Assembly: GCA_916720425.1 (NCBI GenBank)
Contig: CAKARD010000001.1
Coordinates: 1-62,036, forward strand
Direction: 5' to 3'
Source of the DNA: an uncultured Kingella sp.
GTDB lineage: Bacteria > Pseudomonadota > Gammaproteobacteria > Burkholderiales > Neisseriaceae
Length of the DNA: 62,036 bases
The translations under genes were made by a program, and so were the position numbers. The notes beneath the pieces were generated by a model. It saw nothing but the letters and a program-made list of their open reading frames with translations. It searched no databases and was not told where the DNA came from. Shown in pieces: positions 28,015 through 38,091 of the stretch (position 1 is the stretch's first letter; the number at the start of each line of letters is the position of its first letter).

Positions 28015-28956
28015 TTATACTACACGGTTTTTTATCATGCCAGCAACAAAACTTTGGATATTGTCTTCCAAAATACGCAGTAAATTGTTCACAGCTTGCA
28101 CACTGCCCCATGCCATATGTGGTGTTACAATCAGATTGGGTAAATGTGCCAATAATGGATTGCCTTCACGTGGTGGTTCGGTGCTTAAAACATCAAAGCC
28201 TGCACCACCTAGTTGACCATATTTTAAAGCGGCCAGTACGGCTTGTTCATCTGCCAGTCCTCCGCGCCCCATATTGAGCAAAATGGCGTTAGGTTTCATA
28301 CGCTTGAGTTCGGTTTCACCAATAAGATGATGGGTGTGTTCATTTAACGGACAGTTGAGTGAAATGACATCGGCGCGACTAATGGCTTCATCAAAGGCGA
28401 TATAACCTTCACGGATTAGGCTGGCGTGTTTGTGTTCACCCCAAATAACATTCATACCAAAGGCTTGTGCCAATTCGCCGACACGCTGCCCAATGTTGCC
28501 ACGCCCAAAAATAGCAAGGGTTTTGCCCGCAATATCATTGAGTGGTGCGCTCTGGTAACAAAAAATGGGTGATTTTTGCCACATTCCCGCGCCTACATCG
28601 CGCAGATAAGCGGGTAAATTGCGACTAAGTGCTAACAACATCATCATGGTATGTTCAGCCACGCTTTGGGTGCTGTATGCGGGAACATTACACACAACAA
28701 TTCCTGCTTGTTTAGCGGCAACAATGTCTACATTGTTATAACCTGTGGCAGGGATTGCAATCATTTTAAGTTGTGGATGGGCAGCAATATGTTCAGCGGT
28801 AATTAATGCTTTATTAGCAATGACAATATTGCATTGTGCCAAACGATCCATGGTTTGTTCTGGTGTGCTGGTGGGGTATTCGGTGTATTGATGGGTAAAG
28901 GAAAATTGTAAAGGGCGTGATTTTAGAGTGTCGCGATCTAGAAAAACAATATTCAT
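28015..28956 (-). CDS. D-isomer-specific 2-hydroxyacid dehydrogenase (glycerate dehydrogenase-like)
   Basis: 313 aa. NAD-binding GRGNIGQRVG, catalytic region MGRGGL...TPHMAW. Confidence 0.8.
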   Translation of the reverse strand: MNIVFLDRDTLKSRPLQFSFTHQYTEYPTSTPEQTMDRLAQCNIVIANKALITAEHIAAHPQLKMIAIPATGYNNVDIVAAKQAGIVVCNVPAYSTQSVAEHTMMMLLALSRNLPAYLRDVGAGMWQKSPIFCYQSAPLNDIAGKTLAIFGRGNIGQRVGELAQAFGMNVIWGEHKHASLIREGYIAFDEAISRADVISLNCPLNEHTHHLIGETELKRMKPNAILLNMGRGGLADEQAVLAALKYGQLGGAGFDVLSTEPPREGNPLLAHLPNLIVTPHMAWGSVQAVNNLLRILEDNIQSFVAGMIKNRVV

Positions 28957-29060
28957 GAGAATGACTTTTCACAAGTAATGAGAAAGTTAGATTGTAATCC
29001 TGTGTAATCAGATGGGCAAATGGTTTTAATGGTGCTGTTTTATAAAAAAATGAATATTCG

Positions 29061-29108
29061 TAGCGGATAAACAAAAATGAGTTTAGTATTTTTTGTTTGT
29101 CCGCTATA
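29061..29108. repeat. Mini Correia-like element made of two abutting terminal repeats
   Basis: TAGCGGATAAACAAAAAT...ATTTTTTGTTTGTCCGCTATA. The arms are inverted (17 bp, 1 mismatch) and resemble CREE TATAGTGGATTAACAAAAAT. Confidence 0.45.
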
Positions 29109-29137
29109 AAATATGGTTTTGTGATTAATAAGTTAGA

Positions 29138-30967
29138 TTAGGAAAAATCACCGCCAAAACTCATTGCGCCCGTTTCAGCACTGCTAGATAAGCTACGGAA
29201 TCCAGCAAACAGTTCACGACCAATACCATGTGTATGTTGGCTTAAATCAGGTTGAGGAATTTCACGTGCATTCCATTCAGCTTCGTTGACTAAAACATTT
29301 AACTCACCAGTTTCTGCGTTAAAGCGAATTAAATCACCTGTGCGGATTTTGCCAATATTGCCGCCCAATAATGCTTCAGGCGACATATGAATTGATGCTG
29401 GCACTTTGCCTGATGCGCCAGACATACGACCGTCCGTAACCAATGCCACTTTAAAACCACGGTCTTGTAAAATGCCTAAAGGTGGTGTCAATTTGTGCAA
29501 TTCGGGCATACCCATTGCGCGTGGTCCTTGGAAACGCACTACGCAAACAAAATCGCGTTCCAACTCACCACGTTTAAATGCGTCCAAGACTTCTTTTTGG
29601 TCATTGAATACAATCGCAGGCGCTTCAATCACACGATGCTCTGGTTTTACCGCAGAGATTTTAATCACACCACGACCAATATTACCCTTCATTAAACGCA
29701 AACCGCCATCAGGTGAGAATGGATTATCGTATTTACGTAAAATATCTTCGTTGCGACTTTCTTTTTCTGCTTCACGCCATTGCAGTTGACCGTCAATTAG
29801 GAAAGGTTCTTTGGTATAAGCTTCCATACCATGACCCACAACGGTATCCACGTCATCATGTAATAAACCAGCATTGCGTAATTCACGAATCACAAATGGC
29901 AAACCGCCTGCCGCGGCAAAGTGGTTTACGTCTGCCTTACCATTTGGATACACGCGAATTAACAATGGAATAATTGATGAGATTTCATCAAAATCGTCCC
30001 AAGTTAAAATAACACCAGCTGCACGCGCCATAGCAACTAAGTGCATGGTATGGTTAGTTGAACCGCCCGTTGCCATCAGACCAATCAAAGCATTAATAAA
30101 CGATTTTTCAGTCAACATTTCACCAATCGGTTTAATGGTTTGGTTTTTAATGCTCTCAACCAGATGCGCAGCTGCATAACGGGTTAGTGCCTCACGCATT
30201 GGTGTGTATGGATTGAAAAACGCTGCCGCAGGTAAATGCAAACCCATAAATTCCATCATCATTTGGTTTGAATTAGCCGTACCATAGAATGTACATGTAC
30301 CAGGGCTGTGATATGAACCCATTTCACTTTTTAATAATTCATCACGACCCACTTTGCCTTCTGCAAACAATTGACGTGTTTTTGATTTTTCATCATTTGA
30401 GAGACCGCTTGCCATGGGACCCGCTGGAGTAAAAATCCCTGGAATATGACCGCATGATAATGCACCAATTACCAAACCCGGCACGATTTTGTCGCATACG
30501 CCAAAAAATAATGCGCCATCAAACATTTGGTGAGATAAACCGACCGCTGTACTCATCGCAATCACATCACGCGAAAATAAAGACAATTCCATGCCTTCAT
30601 ACCCTTGTGTAATGCCATCACACATTGCAGGTGTACCGCCTGCCACTTGTGCCGTTGCGCCATGTTTTTGTGCTTCTTCTTTAATCCAATTGGGAAATTG
30701 AGCAAACGGTTGATGCGCCGAAACCATATCGTTATAAGCCGTAATCATGCCCAAGTTTGGCACTTCATGTTTGAGCATTTCAATCTTGATACTTTTGGGC
30801 ATAGATGCGTAACCATGCGCTAAGTTAGAACAACCCAATTGGTCGCGTTCTACACGTCCTTGCTGTTTGTGTGCATGAATACGTTTTAAATAAGCTTCGC
30901 GCGTAGGGCGACTACGTTCAATAATACGCTCGGTAATGGCAATGAGTTTAGGATGTAAAGTGGGCAT
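29138..30967 (-). CDS. edd: Phosphogluconate dehydratase (Entner-Doudoroff)
   Basis: 609 aa. IlvD/Edd family, full-length Edd-like sequence. Confidence 0.95.
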   Translation of the reverse strand: MPTLHPKLIAITERIIERSRPTREAYLKRIHAHKQQGRVERDQLGCSNLAHGYASMPKSIKIEMLKHEVPNLGMITAYNDMVSAHQPFAQFPNWIKEEAQKHGATAQVAGGTPAMCDGITQGYEGMELSLFSRDVIAMSTAVGLSHQMFDGALFFGVCDKIVPGLVIGALSCGHIPGIFTPAGPMASGLSNDEKSKTRQLFAEGKVGRDELLKSEMGSYHSPGTCTFYGTANSNQMMMEFMGLHLPAAAFFNPYTPMREALTRYAAAHLVESIKNQTIKPIGEMLTEKSFINALIGLMATGGSTNHTMHLVAMARAAGVILTWDDFDEISSIIPLLIRVYPNGKADVNHFAAAGGLPFVIRELRNAGLLHDDVDTVVGHGMEAYTKEPFLIDGQLQWREAEKESRNEDILRKYDNPFSPDGGLRLMKGNIGRGVIKISAVKPEHRVIEAPAIVFNDQKEVLDAFKRGELERDFVCVVRFQGPRAMGMPELHKLTPPLGILQDRGFKVALVTDGRMSGASGKVPASIHMSPEALLGGNIGKIRTGDLIRFNAETGELNVLVNEAEWNAREIPQPDLSQHTHGIGRELFAGFRSLSSSAETGAMSFGGDFS

Positions 30968-31043
30968 GCTGTTTTCCTTATAAAATGGATTGTATTTGGG
31001 ATAAATGGCTACAAACTGTTTAAGACCCCCCCATTGATATCAT

Positions 31044-31060
31044 TTGTAGCATAGTTACAA
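31044..31060. promoter_or_regulatory. Candidate HexR-type operator in the edd-zwf divergent region
   Basis: Palindrome TTGTA-GCATAGT-TACAA, resembling TGTA-N-TACA type HexR sites. No hexR gene in the window. Confidence 0.3.
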
Positions 31061-31325
31061 ATTAGTCGTGATTCTAGATGTTGAGATAAAGTATAAAATA
31101 TGGTTTTGTTTTGGTGATATTATACCGCTAAAATTATGATAAATATTGTATTATTTTTTAATTTACACAGTTTAAAACTTGGTGTAGCAGGGTGCTATTT
31201 GTAGTATTATTTCATAATCTAAATAGAGGTGGTATGTTGTTACATTTTATGCTGAATCAATCCAATGAGAATAAAATTTGTCAGGCTAAGACAAACGGTT
31301 TATTGTTTCATTTTTTTATCAAAGG

Positions 31326-32774
31326 ATGGCCCTTATGTCTTCTTTAAATAATTTTGATATGATTTTATTTGGCGCAACGGGTGATTTGGCAATGCGTAAG
31401 TTGTTACCTTGTTTGTATCAAGCGCATGCCGAAGGTTTATTACACCCTGAAGGCCGCATTTTAGGTGTCAGTCGTAGCCAACTAGATAGAGGGAGTTTTT
31501 TAACTAAAGTGCAAAATGATAGCAAAATTCATATTAAACATAATTTTAGTGAGGATTTATGGCAATCATTTATTGCACGAATTGATTATTTGTCTGTAGA
31601 CGTTACGCGTGCCAGCGATTTTGTGCGTTTGAGTGAAGTGGTTCAGGCACGTACCCAAACCGATAATGTGGTGATTTATCTGTCTACTGCACCTAAGTTT
31701 TTTGCACTTGCTTGTGAAAACTTGGCTAATGTTGGTTTGAATGGTGCCAATGTGCGTATTGTTTTAGAAAAACCATTGGGAACAGATTTGGTTTCTTCTC
31801 AACAAATTAATACTGATGTGGCACGCTTTTTTAAAGAAAATCAAATCTATCGTATCGATCATTATTTGGGTAAAGAAAGCTTACAAAATCTATTGCCTTT
31901 ACGTTTTGGTAATGTGTTTTTTGAGCAAGTATGGAATAAGGATTTTGTGCAGTCGGTGCAAATTACGGTTGCTGAACAGTTGGGGGTGGAAGAGCGTGGT
32001 GAGTTTTATGATGTTACAGGTGCATTGCGCGATATGATGCAAAACCACATCATTCAAATGCTGTGTTTTGTTGCTATGGAACAGCCCAAATCATTAAATG
32101 CGGATGATGTGCGTGATGAAAAACTAAAAGTTGTTGCCGCATTAAAACCCATGACCTCTGCCGATGTAGATAAAAACGTGATTCGTGCGCAATACACGGC
32201 TACTGCCACGCAAAAAGGTTATTTGCAAGAATACAATATTCCTGCCGACAGTCGTACCGAAACCTATGTTGCTATTCGAGCCGAAATCAATACGCCGCGT
32301 TGGGAAGGTGTGCCATTTTATTTGCGCACAGGAAAACGCTTGGCAGCTCGTACTGCAGAAATTGTCATTAACTTTAAAGAACAAGAAAAAGGCTTGTTTG
32401 GCAACAACGCCAATCGCTTGGTTATTTCATTGCAGCCTGACGAAACCATTAAAACCAAGTTGTTTGTAAAAAAAGTGGGCAGTAATTTAGCGGTAATACC
32501 TACAGAAATGGTGTTAGACATGGGACAGGTGGAAACCACACGCCGTGCTGAGGCTTATGAATTGCTGTTGCGTGAAGTGATTGATGGACATTTAGGTTTA
32601 TTTAACCGTCGTGATGAATTGGAAAAAGCGTGGGAATGGGTGATGCCAATTTTGGACAACTGGGCGGTTTCATCTGTGGCACCACGTACTTATCCTGCCT
32701 CTAGCTGGGGGCCTGAAGAGGCACGCGCATTATTGGCACGTGATGGCAATGTGTGGTTGGAAGAGCAGAATTAA
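31326..32774 (+). CDS. zwf: Glucose-6-phosphate 1-dehydrogenase
   Basis: 482 aa with FGATGDLA and RIDHYLGKE motifs. The ATG at 31335 has better RBS spacing and may be the true start. Confidence 0.95.
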   Translation: MALMSSLNNFDMILFGATGDLAMRKLLPCLYQAHAEGLLHPEGRILGVSRSQLDRGSFLTKVQNDSKIHIKHNFSEDLWQSFIARIDYLSVDVTRASDFVRLSEVVQARTQTDNVVIYLSTAPKFFALACENLANVGLNGANVRIVLEKPLGTDLVSSQQINTDVARFFKENQIYRIDHYLGKESLQNLLPLRFGNVFFEQVWNKDFVQSVQITVAEQLGVEERGEFYDVTGALRDMMQNHIIQMLCFVAMEQPKSLNADDVRDEKLKVVAALKPMTSADVDKNVIRAQYTATATQKGYLQEYNIPADSRTETYVAIRAEINTPRWEGVPFYLRTGKRLAARTAEIVINFKEQEKGLFGNNANRLVISLQPDETIKTKLFVKKVGSNLAVIPTEMVLDMGQVETTRRAEAYELLLREVIDGHLGLFNRRDELEKAWEWVMPILDNWAVSSVAPRTYPASSWGPEEARALLARDGNVWLEEQN

Positions 32775-32795
32775 AGCTTATATTTAGATTAAATT

Positions 32796-32836
32796 AAAAC
32801 CAGTAGTACTATTTTGTTTAGTCTACTGGTTTTTTA
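32796..32836 (+). terminator. Intrinsic terminator of zwf, formed by the Correia-like mini-element at 32779-32846
   Basis: AAACCAGTAG (32797-32806) pairs with CTACTGGTTT (32823-32832), followed by T6. Confidence 0.7.
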
Positions 32837-32837
32837 T

Positions 32838-33137
32838 TTATTCCTGATTGCGTCCTTGCCAAAAATATCGCCAGACAAAAGCAGGGAATGCCGCTACGCA
32901 ATATAAGCAAATGACGACTACAAAAAATTCCCAGCCTTGACTGTGTACTATGCCTGTACGTTTTTCTAAGATATAGGATAAACCTGCGACAATGATAAAG
33001 CCCACCAGCATTTCCACAATATGTTGCATGAATTTCTTATGTTGTACAGGAAAAATGCCCCATGCGCGCGTGGTTAAAAAAGGTAAATTAGCAAACAGTA
33101 ACGCTAAAATTAGCAAGGTGTACATAGGAGCAGTCAT
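32838..33137 (-). CDS. DUF2818-like small membrane protein
   Basis: 99 aa, 3 TM. ANLPF...QGWEF...FPAFVWRYFW blocks. Confidence 0.6.
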   Translation of the reverse strand: MTAPMYTLLILALLFANLPFLTTRAWGIFPVQHKKFMQHIVEMLVGFIIVAGLSYILEKRTGIVHSQGWEFFVVVICLYCVAAFPAFVWRYFWQGRNQE

Positions 33138-33220
33138 AAGAAACCAGAAACTTTCTTTATAAAAGAATATTGTAGCAGATTTTTGTTATAATCATGTCCC
33201 TTCATTTTTAAAGGTATTTT

Positions 33221-33691
33221 ATGCGCACACAACAGGAACTGGCAGACATTACTTTGCTGGGCAATCAAGGCACGCAATATCCCAGTCATTATGCACCTGA
33301 TATTTTGGAAGCATTTGATAACAAACATCCAGGTAACGATTATTTTGTCAAATTTATTTGTCCTGAATTTACTAGTTTATGTCCGATTACAGGTCAACCT
33401 GATTTTGCTACGATTATTATTCGCTATATTCCAAATATTAAAATGGTAGAAAGCAAATCATTAAAGTTATATTTGTTTAGCTTTCGTAATCATGGTGATT
33501 TTCATGAAGATTGCGTTAACATTATTATGAAAGATCTGATTCAACTGATGAATCCAAAATATATTGAAGTCTTGGGTGAGTTTACACCAAGAGGTGGCAT
33601 TGCTATTCACCCTTTTGCCAATTATGGTCAAATAGGCACACCGTTTGAAAACTTGGCGCAAAAGCGTTTGTTTGAACACGATATACTCTAA
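33221..33691 (+). CDS. queF: NADPH-dependent 7-cyano-7-deazaguanine reductase (unimodular)
   Basis: 156 aa. Catalytic [12 protein letters not shown] and the QueF motif [16 protein letters not shown]. Confidence 0.92.
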   Translation: MRTQQELADITLLGNQGTQYPSHYAPDILEAFDNKHPGNDYFVKFICPEFTSLCPITGQPDFATIIIRYIPNIKMVESKSLKLYLFSFRNHGDFHEDCVNIIMKDLIQLMNPKYIEVLGEFTPRGGIAIHPFANYGQIGTPFENLAQKRLFEHDIL

Positions 33692-33695
33692 ATTT

Positions 33696-33735
33696 ACGCG
33701 GTTCGCAATCCTCCCGCAATAACAAAACTAAGGAA
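33696..33735 (+). promoter_or_regulatory. preQ1-I riboswitch (translational) upstream of yhhQ
   Basis: CGCGGTTCGCAATCCTCCCGCAATAACAAAACTAAGGA. A short P1 (GCGG/CCGC), GGTTCGC loop start and A-rich tail AACAAAACTAAGG that includes the SD, 9 nt before the ATG. Closely resembles the recalled T. tengcongensis preQ1-I aptamer. Confidence 0.7.
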
Positions 33736-33742
33736 TTTTGAG

Positions 33743-34420
33743 ATGGACTTTCTATTTTCTCATACTCAACGGCGTAATGCTTTGGTTTGGCTGATATTAT
33801 TTCATATTACTGTGATTGCATCTAGTAATTATTTGGTACAATTTCCCTTTACGATAACTTTGCCTAATGGCTTTGATGTGCATTCAACTTGGGGTGCATT
33901 AACTTTTCCGTTTATTTTTTTGGCAACAGATTTAACTGTGCGTATTTTTGGGCAATCTTTGGCACGAAAAATTATTTTTTGTGTGATGTTACCAGCATTG
34001 TTCTTATCCTATGCGTTATCGGTCTTGTTTGAACAAGGCACGTGGACAAGTTGGAAGGCGTTAACCAGCTTGAATATGTTTGTATTTCGTATTGCATTGG
34101 CAAGTTTTGCAGCATATGTATTTGGGCAAATAATGGATATTTTCGTATTCAATAAACTGCGTCAACTCAAATCGTGGTGGATTGCACCCACGTGTGCTAT
34201 GTTTATTGGTAATGCTTTGGATACGTTGATATTTTTTGCTATTGCGTTTTATGCGAGTAGTGATGCATTTATGGCAGCCAATTGGCAACATATTGCTTTG
34301 GTTGATTATGCATTTAAACTTTTGATTTGTTTGCTATTATTTGTTCCGGCATATGGTGTGTTATTGCGTTATTTATTACGCATATTATTATCACGTGGCT
34401 TGGCCATACAAGCAATTTAA
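33743..34420 (+). CDS. yhhQ: Queuosine-precursor (preQ0/preQ1) transporter, YhhQ/DUF165 family
   Basis: 225 aa, 6 TM. Context of queF plus the preQ1 riboswitch. Confidence 0.85.
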   Translation: MDFLFSHTQRRNALVWLILFHITVIASSNYLVQFPFTITLPNGFDVHSTWGALTFPFIFLATDLTVRIFGQSLARKIIFCVMLPALFLSYALSVLFEQGTWTSWKALTSLNMFVFRIALASFAAYVFGQIMDIFVFNKLRQLKSWWIAPTCAMFIGNALDTLIFFAIAFYASSDAFMAANWQHIALVDYAFKLLICLLLFVPAYGVLLRYLLRILLSRGLAIQAI

Positions 34421-34428
34421 TCATAAAA

Positions 34429-34462
34429 AACGCCTGTTCTTTTATAATTAAGAGCAGGCGTT
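34429..34462. terminator. Bidirectional terminator between yhhQ and the convergent gene
   Basis: Stem AACGCCTGTTCT/AGAGCAGGCGTT (1 mismatch) flanked by A6. Confidence 0.7.
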
Positions 34463-34470
34463 AAGTAAGA

Positions 34471-34902
34471 TTATGAACAGAATTTAGCAATATCTGCTTC
34501 GTATTTGGGTAACAGATCTGCTTTATTGCGGGCGTTGGTTTTTTCTACCATGTCTTTATTCATTTGTGCCACTTTGCAGTTTTCGGCTTTGGTTTCTTGT
34601 GCCAATTTGGCTGCTGCTTCTTCATTTTTCTTATTTTCTTCCATAATACGATTATTCAGCTGCGCTTGTTGCTCTGCCAAAGACAAGGGTTTGGCATCAA
34701 TTTGGGCATCATTTTGTTGAATCGTGGAGCCTGTTTTGGCACTGATTACTTTACAACGTCCCACTTGCATACGTGCAGGTACATCTGAATAGACACCTTG
34801 GCCACATTCATAATAAGTATTGCTAGAATTCGTATCTGCATTGGTGGTAAAAGGGAGGGCTAATAGTAATGCCACAGCGATGATACTGCTTTTTTTCATC
34901 AT
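34471..34902 (-). CDS. Secreted hypothetical protein with coiled-coil C-terminal half (DUF4124-like N-terminus?)
   Basis: Start set at MMKKSSIIAVALLLALPFTTNA (AAGGA RBS). The tracked ORF begins at an upstream GTG inside a repeat. Confidence 0.6.
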   Translation of the reverse strand: MMKKSSIIAVALLLALPFTTNADTNSSNTYYECGQGVYSDVPARMQVGRCKVISAKTGSTIQQNDAQIDAKPLSLAEQQAQLNNRIMEENKKNEEAAAKLAQETKAENCKVAQMNKDMVEKTNARNKADLLPKYEADIAKFCS

Positions 34903-34946
34903 AATATTTTCCTTGTAAATTTTGAGTTCAAAAACTTGATCGTCAT

Positions 34947-34997
34947 TATATTGTGGATTAAGCACTCTGTCATGAGTAACGGTTTTTGTTCACTTAA
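34947..34997. repeat. Degenerate mini Correia-like element
   Basis: TATATTGTGGATTAAGC (34947-34963) and GGTTTTTGTTCACTTA (34981-34996) resemble the two CREE ends, with small deletions. Confidence 0.3.
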
Positions 34998-35067
34998 AAA
35001 AGTAAAATATGTTACAATACTGTGCATTTAACCAAAATTTAAATCCAACAAAAAAGGTAAATGCACC

Positions 35068-36534
35068 ATGCGTATTGTAGAAAAAGCCTATACATTTGAC
35101 GATGTTTTGCTCGTTCCCGCACACTCACAAGTTCTGCCGCGCGATGTCTCGCTCAAAACGCCACTTACCAAAAAAATTATTTTGAATTTACCCTTACTTT
35201 CTGCTGCTATGGATACAGTTACTGAAGCGCGTTTAGCGATTTCTATGGCGCAAGAAGGGGGGATTGGTATTATCCACAAAAATATGACGATTGAAAAACA
35301 AGCTGAAGCCGTACGTAAAGTCAAACGTCATGAAAGTGGTATTGTTAAAGATCCAGTGACTGTGTCGCCCGATACTTTAATTGGTGATTTGTTGCGTGAA
35401 CGTTCTCAGCGTAAACGCAAAATGTCTGGTTTACCTGTGGTGGAAAATGGAAAGGTTATTGGTATTATAACCAATCGTGATTTGCGCTTTGAAACACGTT
35501 TGGATCTGCCTGTTTCTGCTATTATGACACCACGTGATAAGTTGATTTCTGTTGCTGTAGGCACGAGTATTGAAGAAGCACGGGAAATGATGCATCAACA
35601 TAAAGTTGAACGTGTTTTAGTTTTAAATGATCAAGATGAACTTAAAGGCTTGATTACTGTTAAAGATATTATCAAAAATACCGAATTCCCCAACGCTAAT
35701 AAAGACGAAGAAGGTCGACTGCGTGTGGGGGCTGCGGTAGGTACAGGTGGCGAAACCGAAGAGCGTGTACGTGCATTAATTAATGCGGGGGTAGATGTAT
35801 TGGTTGTAGATACCGCACATGGACACAGTCAAGGCGTGATAGATCGCGTCAAATGGGTTAAAACTCATTTTCCCGATGTACAAGTGATTGGTGGTAATAT
35901 TGCTACGGCGGCAGCGGCATTGGATTTGGTTGCAGCGGGTGCTGATGCAGTCAAAGTGGGCATTGGTCCTGGTTCAATTTGTACAACGCGTATTGTTGCT
36001 GGTGTGGGTGTGCCACAACTTACTGCGGTACACAATGTATCCGAAGCCCTCAAAGGCTCGGGTGTTTCTGTGATTGCCGATGGTGGGATTCGTTTTTCGG
36101 GAGATATTGCTAAAGCTTTGGCGGCAGGCGCAGATTGCGTAATGCTCGGTGGTATGTTTGCAGGTACAGATGAAGCACCAGGCGATATTGAGCTTTATCA
36201 AGGACGTGCGTACAAATCCTATCGTGGTATGGGTTCTTTGGGGGCGATGAGTCAAGGTTCTAGTGATCGTTATTTTCAAGATAAAACAGACAATACCGAA
36301 AAGTATGTTCCTGAAGGGATTGAAGGGCGTGTTCCCCATAAAGGACCGATTGTTAATATCATTCACCAATTAATGGGGGGATTGCGTTCTAGCATGGGTT
36401 ATTTAGGTTGTGAAACGATTGCCCAAATGCATGAAAAAGCTGAATTTGTAGAAATTACCTCAGCGGGTATGAGTGAGTCTCACGTTCACGATGTGCAAAT
36501 TACCAAAGAAGCCCCGAACTATCACATTCGCTAA
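35068..36534 (+). CDS. guaB: IMP dehydrogenase
   Basis: 488 aa. CBS pair and catalytic [11 protein letters not shown]. Confidence 0.97.
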   Translation: MRIVEKAYTFDDVLLVPAHSQVLPRDVSLKTPLTKKIILNLPLLSAAMDTVTEARLAISMAQEGGIGIIHKNMTIEKQAEAVRKVKRHESGIVKDPVTVSPDTLIGDLLRERSQRKRKMSGLPVVENGKVIGIITNRDLRFETRLDLPVSAIMTPRDKLISVAVGTSIEEAREMMHQHKVERVLVLNDQDELKGLITVKDIIKNTEFPNANKDEEGRLRVGAAVGTGGETEERVRALINAGVDVLVVDTAHGHSQGVIDRVKWVKTHFPDVQVIGGNIATAAAALDLVAAGADAVKVGIGPGSICTTRIVAGVGVPQLTAVHNVSEALKGSGVSVIADGGIRFSGDIAKALAAGADCVMLGGMFAGTDEAPGDIELYQGRAYKSYRGMGSLGAMSQGSSDRYFQDKTDNTEKYVPEGIEGRVPHKGPIVNIIHQLMGGLRSSMGYLGCETIAQMHEKAEFVEITSAGMSESHVHDVQITKEAPNYHIR

Positions 36535-36548
36535 ATAGACAATATAAC

Positions 36549-36579
36549 AGCGCGCGTTGTATTTTGCACAACGCGCGTT
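36549..36579. terminator. GC-rich hairpin between convergent guaB and lysC
   Basis: Perfect 10-bp stem CGCGCGTTGT/ACAACGCGCG with a 7-nt loop and a weak T tract. Confidence 0.6.
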
Positions 36580-36653
36580 AATCATTGCATGAATAGATGG
36601 CTGTTTAATTTAACCTATCTAACCCTTGTTATTGGATAGGGATAAGTCTGAAT

Positions 36654-37874
36654 TTATTTATCTAATTCAAATGCTTTATGCAATACACGTGTTGCTAATT
36701 CCATGTATTTTTCATCAATCAAGACCGAAACTTTGATTTCAGATGTGGAAATCATTTGGATATTAATGCCATCCGCTGCCAAAGCACGGAACATTTTTGC
36801 TGCCACACCTACGTGTGAACGCATACCTAAGCCTACAATAGACACTTTGCAAACGGTATCATCACCACTGACTTCTTGTGCGCCAATGCTTTCTTGTAAA
36901 CCATTAAGCAATTCCAAAGTTGGTTTGTATTCACCACGTGGGACGGTAAATGAAAAATCGGTGGTGCCTTCATTGCCCACATTTTGAATTATCATATCTA
37001 CATCAATATTGGCATCTGCTACAGCACCTAAAATTTGGTATGCAATGCCTGGTTTGTCGGGTACGCCACGAACATTAATGCGTGCTTGATTTTTGTCAAA
37101 AGCAATGCCTGCCACAACCGCTTGTTCCATATTTTGGTCTTCCTCAAAAGTAATCAATGTGCCTTCGCCACTTTCTTGCAAACTGCTGAGTACACGTAGG
37201 CGAACTTTATATTTTCCAGCAAATTCTACTGAACGAATCTGCAAAACTTTACTCCCTAAGCTGGCTAATTCCAGCATTTCTTCAAAGGTAATGGTATCCA
37301 TGCGGCGTGCTTCGGGAACCACACGCGGATCGGTCGTGTAAACGCCGTCTACATCAGTATAGATTTGGCACTCATCGGCTTTTAAAGCAGCGGCCAATGC
37401 AACGGCAGAAGTATCCGAACCCCCACGCCCTAAGGTCGAAATATTACCTTCGCTACTGATACCTTGAAAACCTGCCACAATCACCACTTTACCAGCTTGT
37501 AAGTCAGTACGCATTTTGTCTCCATCTATGGATTCAATGCGCGCTTTTGTGTGCGCCGTATCAGTTTTTACGGCTACTTGCCAACCTGTATAGCTTTTAG
37601 CATCAACGCCAATATTTTTTAGCGCCATTGCCAATAAACCAATGGTTACTTGCTCGCCCGTTGCCAATACCACATCTAATTCTCGTGGGTCGGGGAATTC
37701 TTGCATTTCGTGTGCCAAAGCAACCAGACGATTGGTTTCACCACTCATGGCAGAGACAACCACAACAACATCATGCCCTTCATCACGTGCTTTTTTAACA
37801 CGTTTGGCTACGTTTTTAATGCGTTCTGGTGAACCTACTGATGTACCACCATATTTTTGTACAATTAAAGCCAT
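36654..37874 (-). CDS. lysC: Aspartate kinase
   Basis: 406 aa. VQKYGGTSVG N-terminus and two C-terminal ACT domains. Confidence 0.95.
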   Translation of the reverse strand: MALIVQKYGGTSVGSPERIKNVAKRVKKARDEGHDVVVVVSAMSGETNRLVALAHEMQEFPDPRELDVVLATGEQVTIGLLAMALKNIGVDAKSYTGWQVAVKTDTAHTKARIESIDGDKMRTDLQAGKVVIVAGFQGISSEGNISTLGRGGSDTSAVALAAALKADECQIYTDVDGVYTTDPRVVPEARRMDTITFEEMLELASLGSKVLQIRSVEFAGKYKVRLRVLSSLQESGEGTLITFEEDQNMEQAVVAGIAFDKNQARINVRGVPDKPGIAYQILGAVADANIDVDMIIQNVGNEGTTDFSFTVPRGEYKPTLELLNGLQESIGAQEVSGDDTVCKVSIVGLGMRSHVGVAAKMFRALAADGINIQMISTSEIKVSVLIDEKYMELATRVLHKAFELDK

Positions 37875-38054
37875 TTTTGCTATTCCTGTTATTTAAAGGA
37901 AAAATACTGTAAATTATAACATTTCGCTTTAAAAGCGTGTTTGAAAAAACGATAATTTAGTGTCGTTGTATTGGTGTTGGGAGCAATTTATTTTTGTATT
38001 GAAAACTGCTTAAGTTTGAATAGCACTAAGATGATTGAGTATTGGTATATATAA

Positions 38055-38083
38055 AAACAGGATATGTTAAACATATCCTGTTT
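38055..38083 (-). terminator. Intrinsic terminator immediately after nosZ
   Basis: 13-bp stem AAACAGGATATGT/ACATATCCTGTTT, followed on the minus strand by TTTTAT. Confidence 0.8.
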
Positions 38084-38091
38084 GGGGTTAA

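Noticed and set aside
27860-28216. 118-aa ORF on the plus strand
   Set aside because: It starts inside tRNA-Arg (antisense) and overlaps the 3' end of the dehydrogenase gene, so it is spurious.
33138-33220. preQ1 riboswitch upstream of queF
   Set aside because: No GGTTC...CCC...AAAAAACTA-like arrangement is present. Only the yhhQ leader has it.
37875-38091. Lysine riboswitch upstream of lysC
   Set aside because: The 217-bp leader lacks the conserved L-box blocks that I can recognise. This was not checked with a covariance model.
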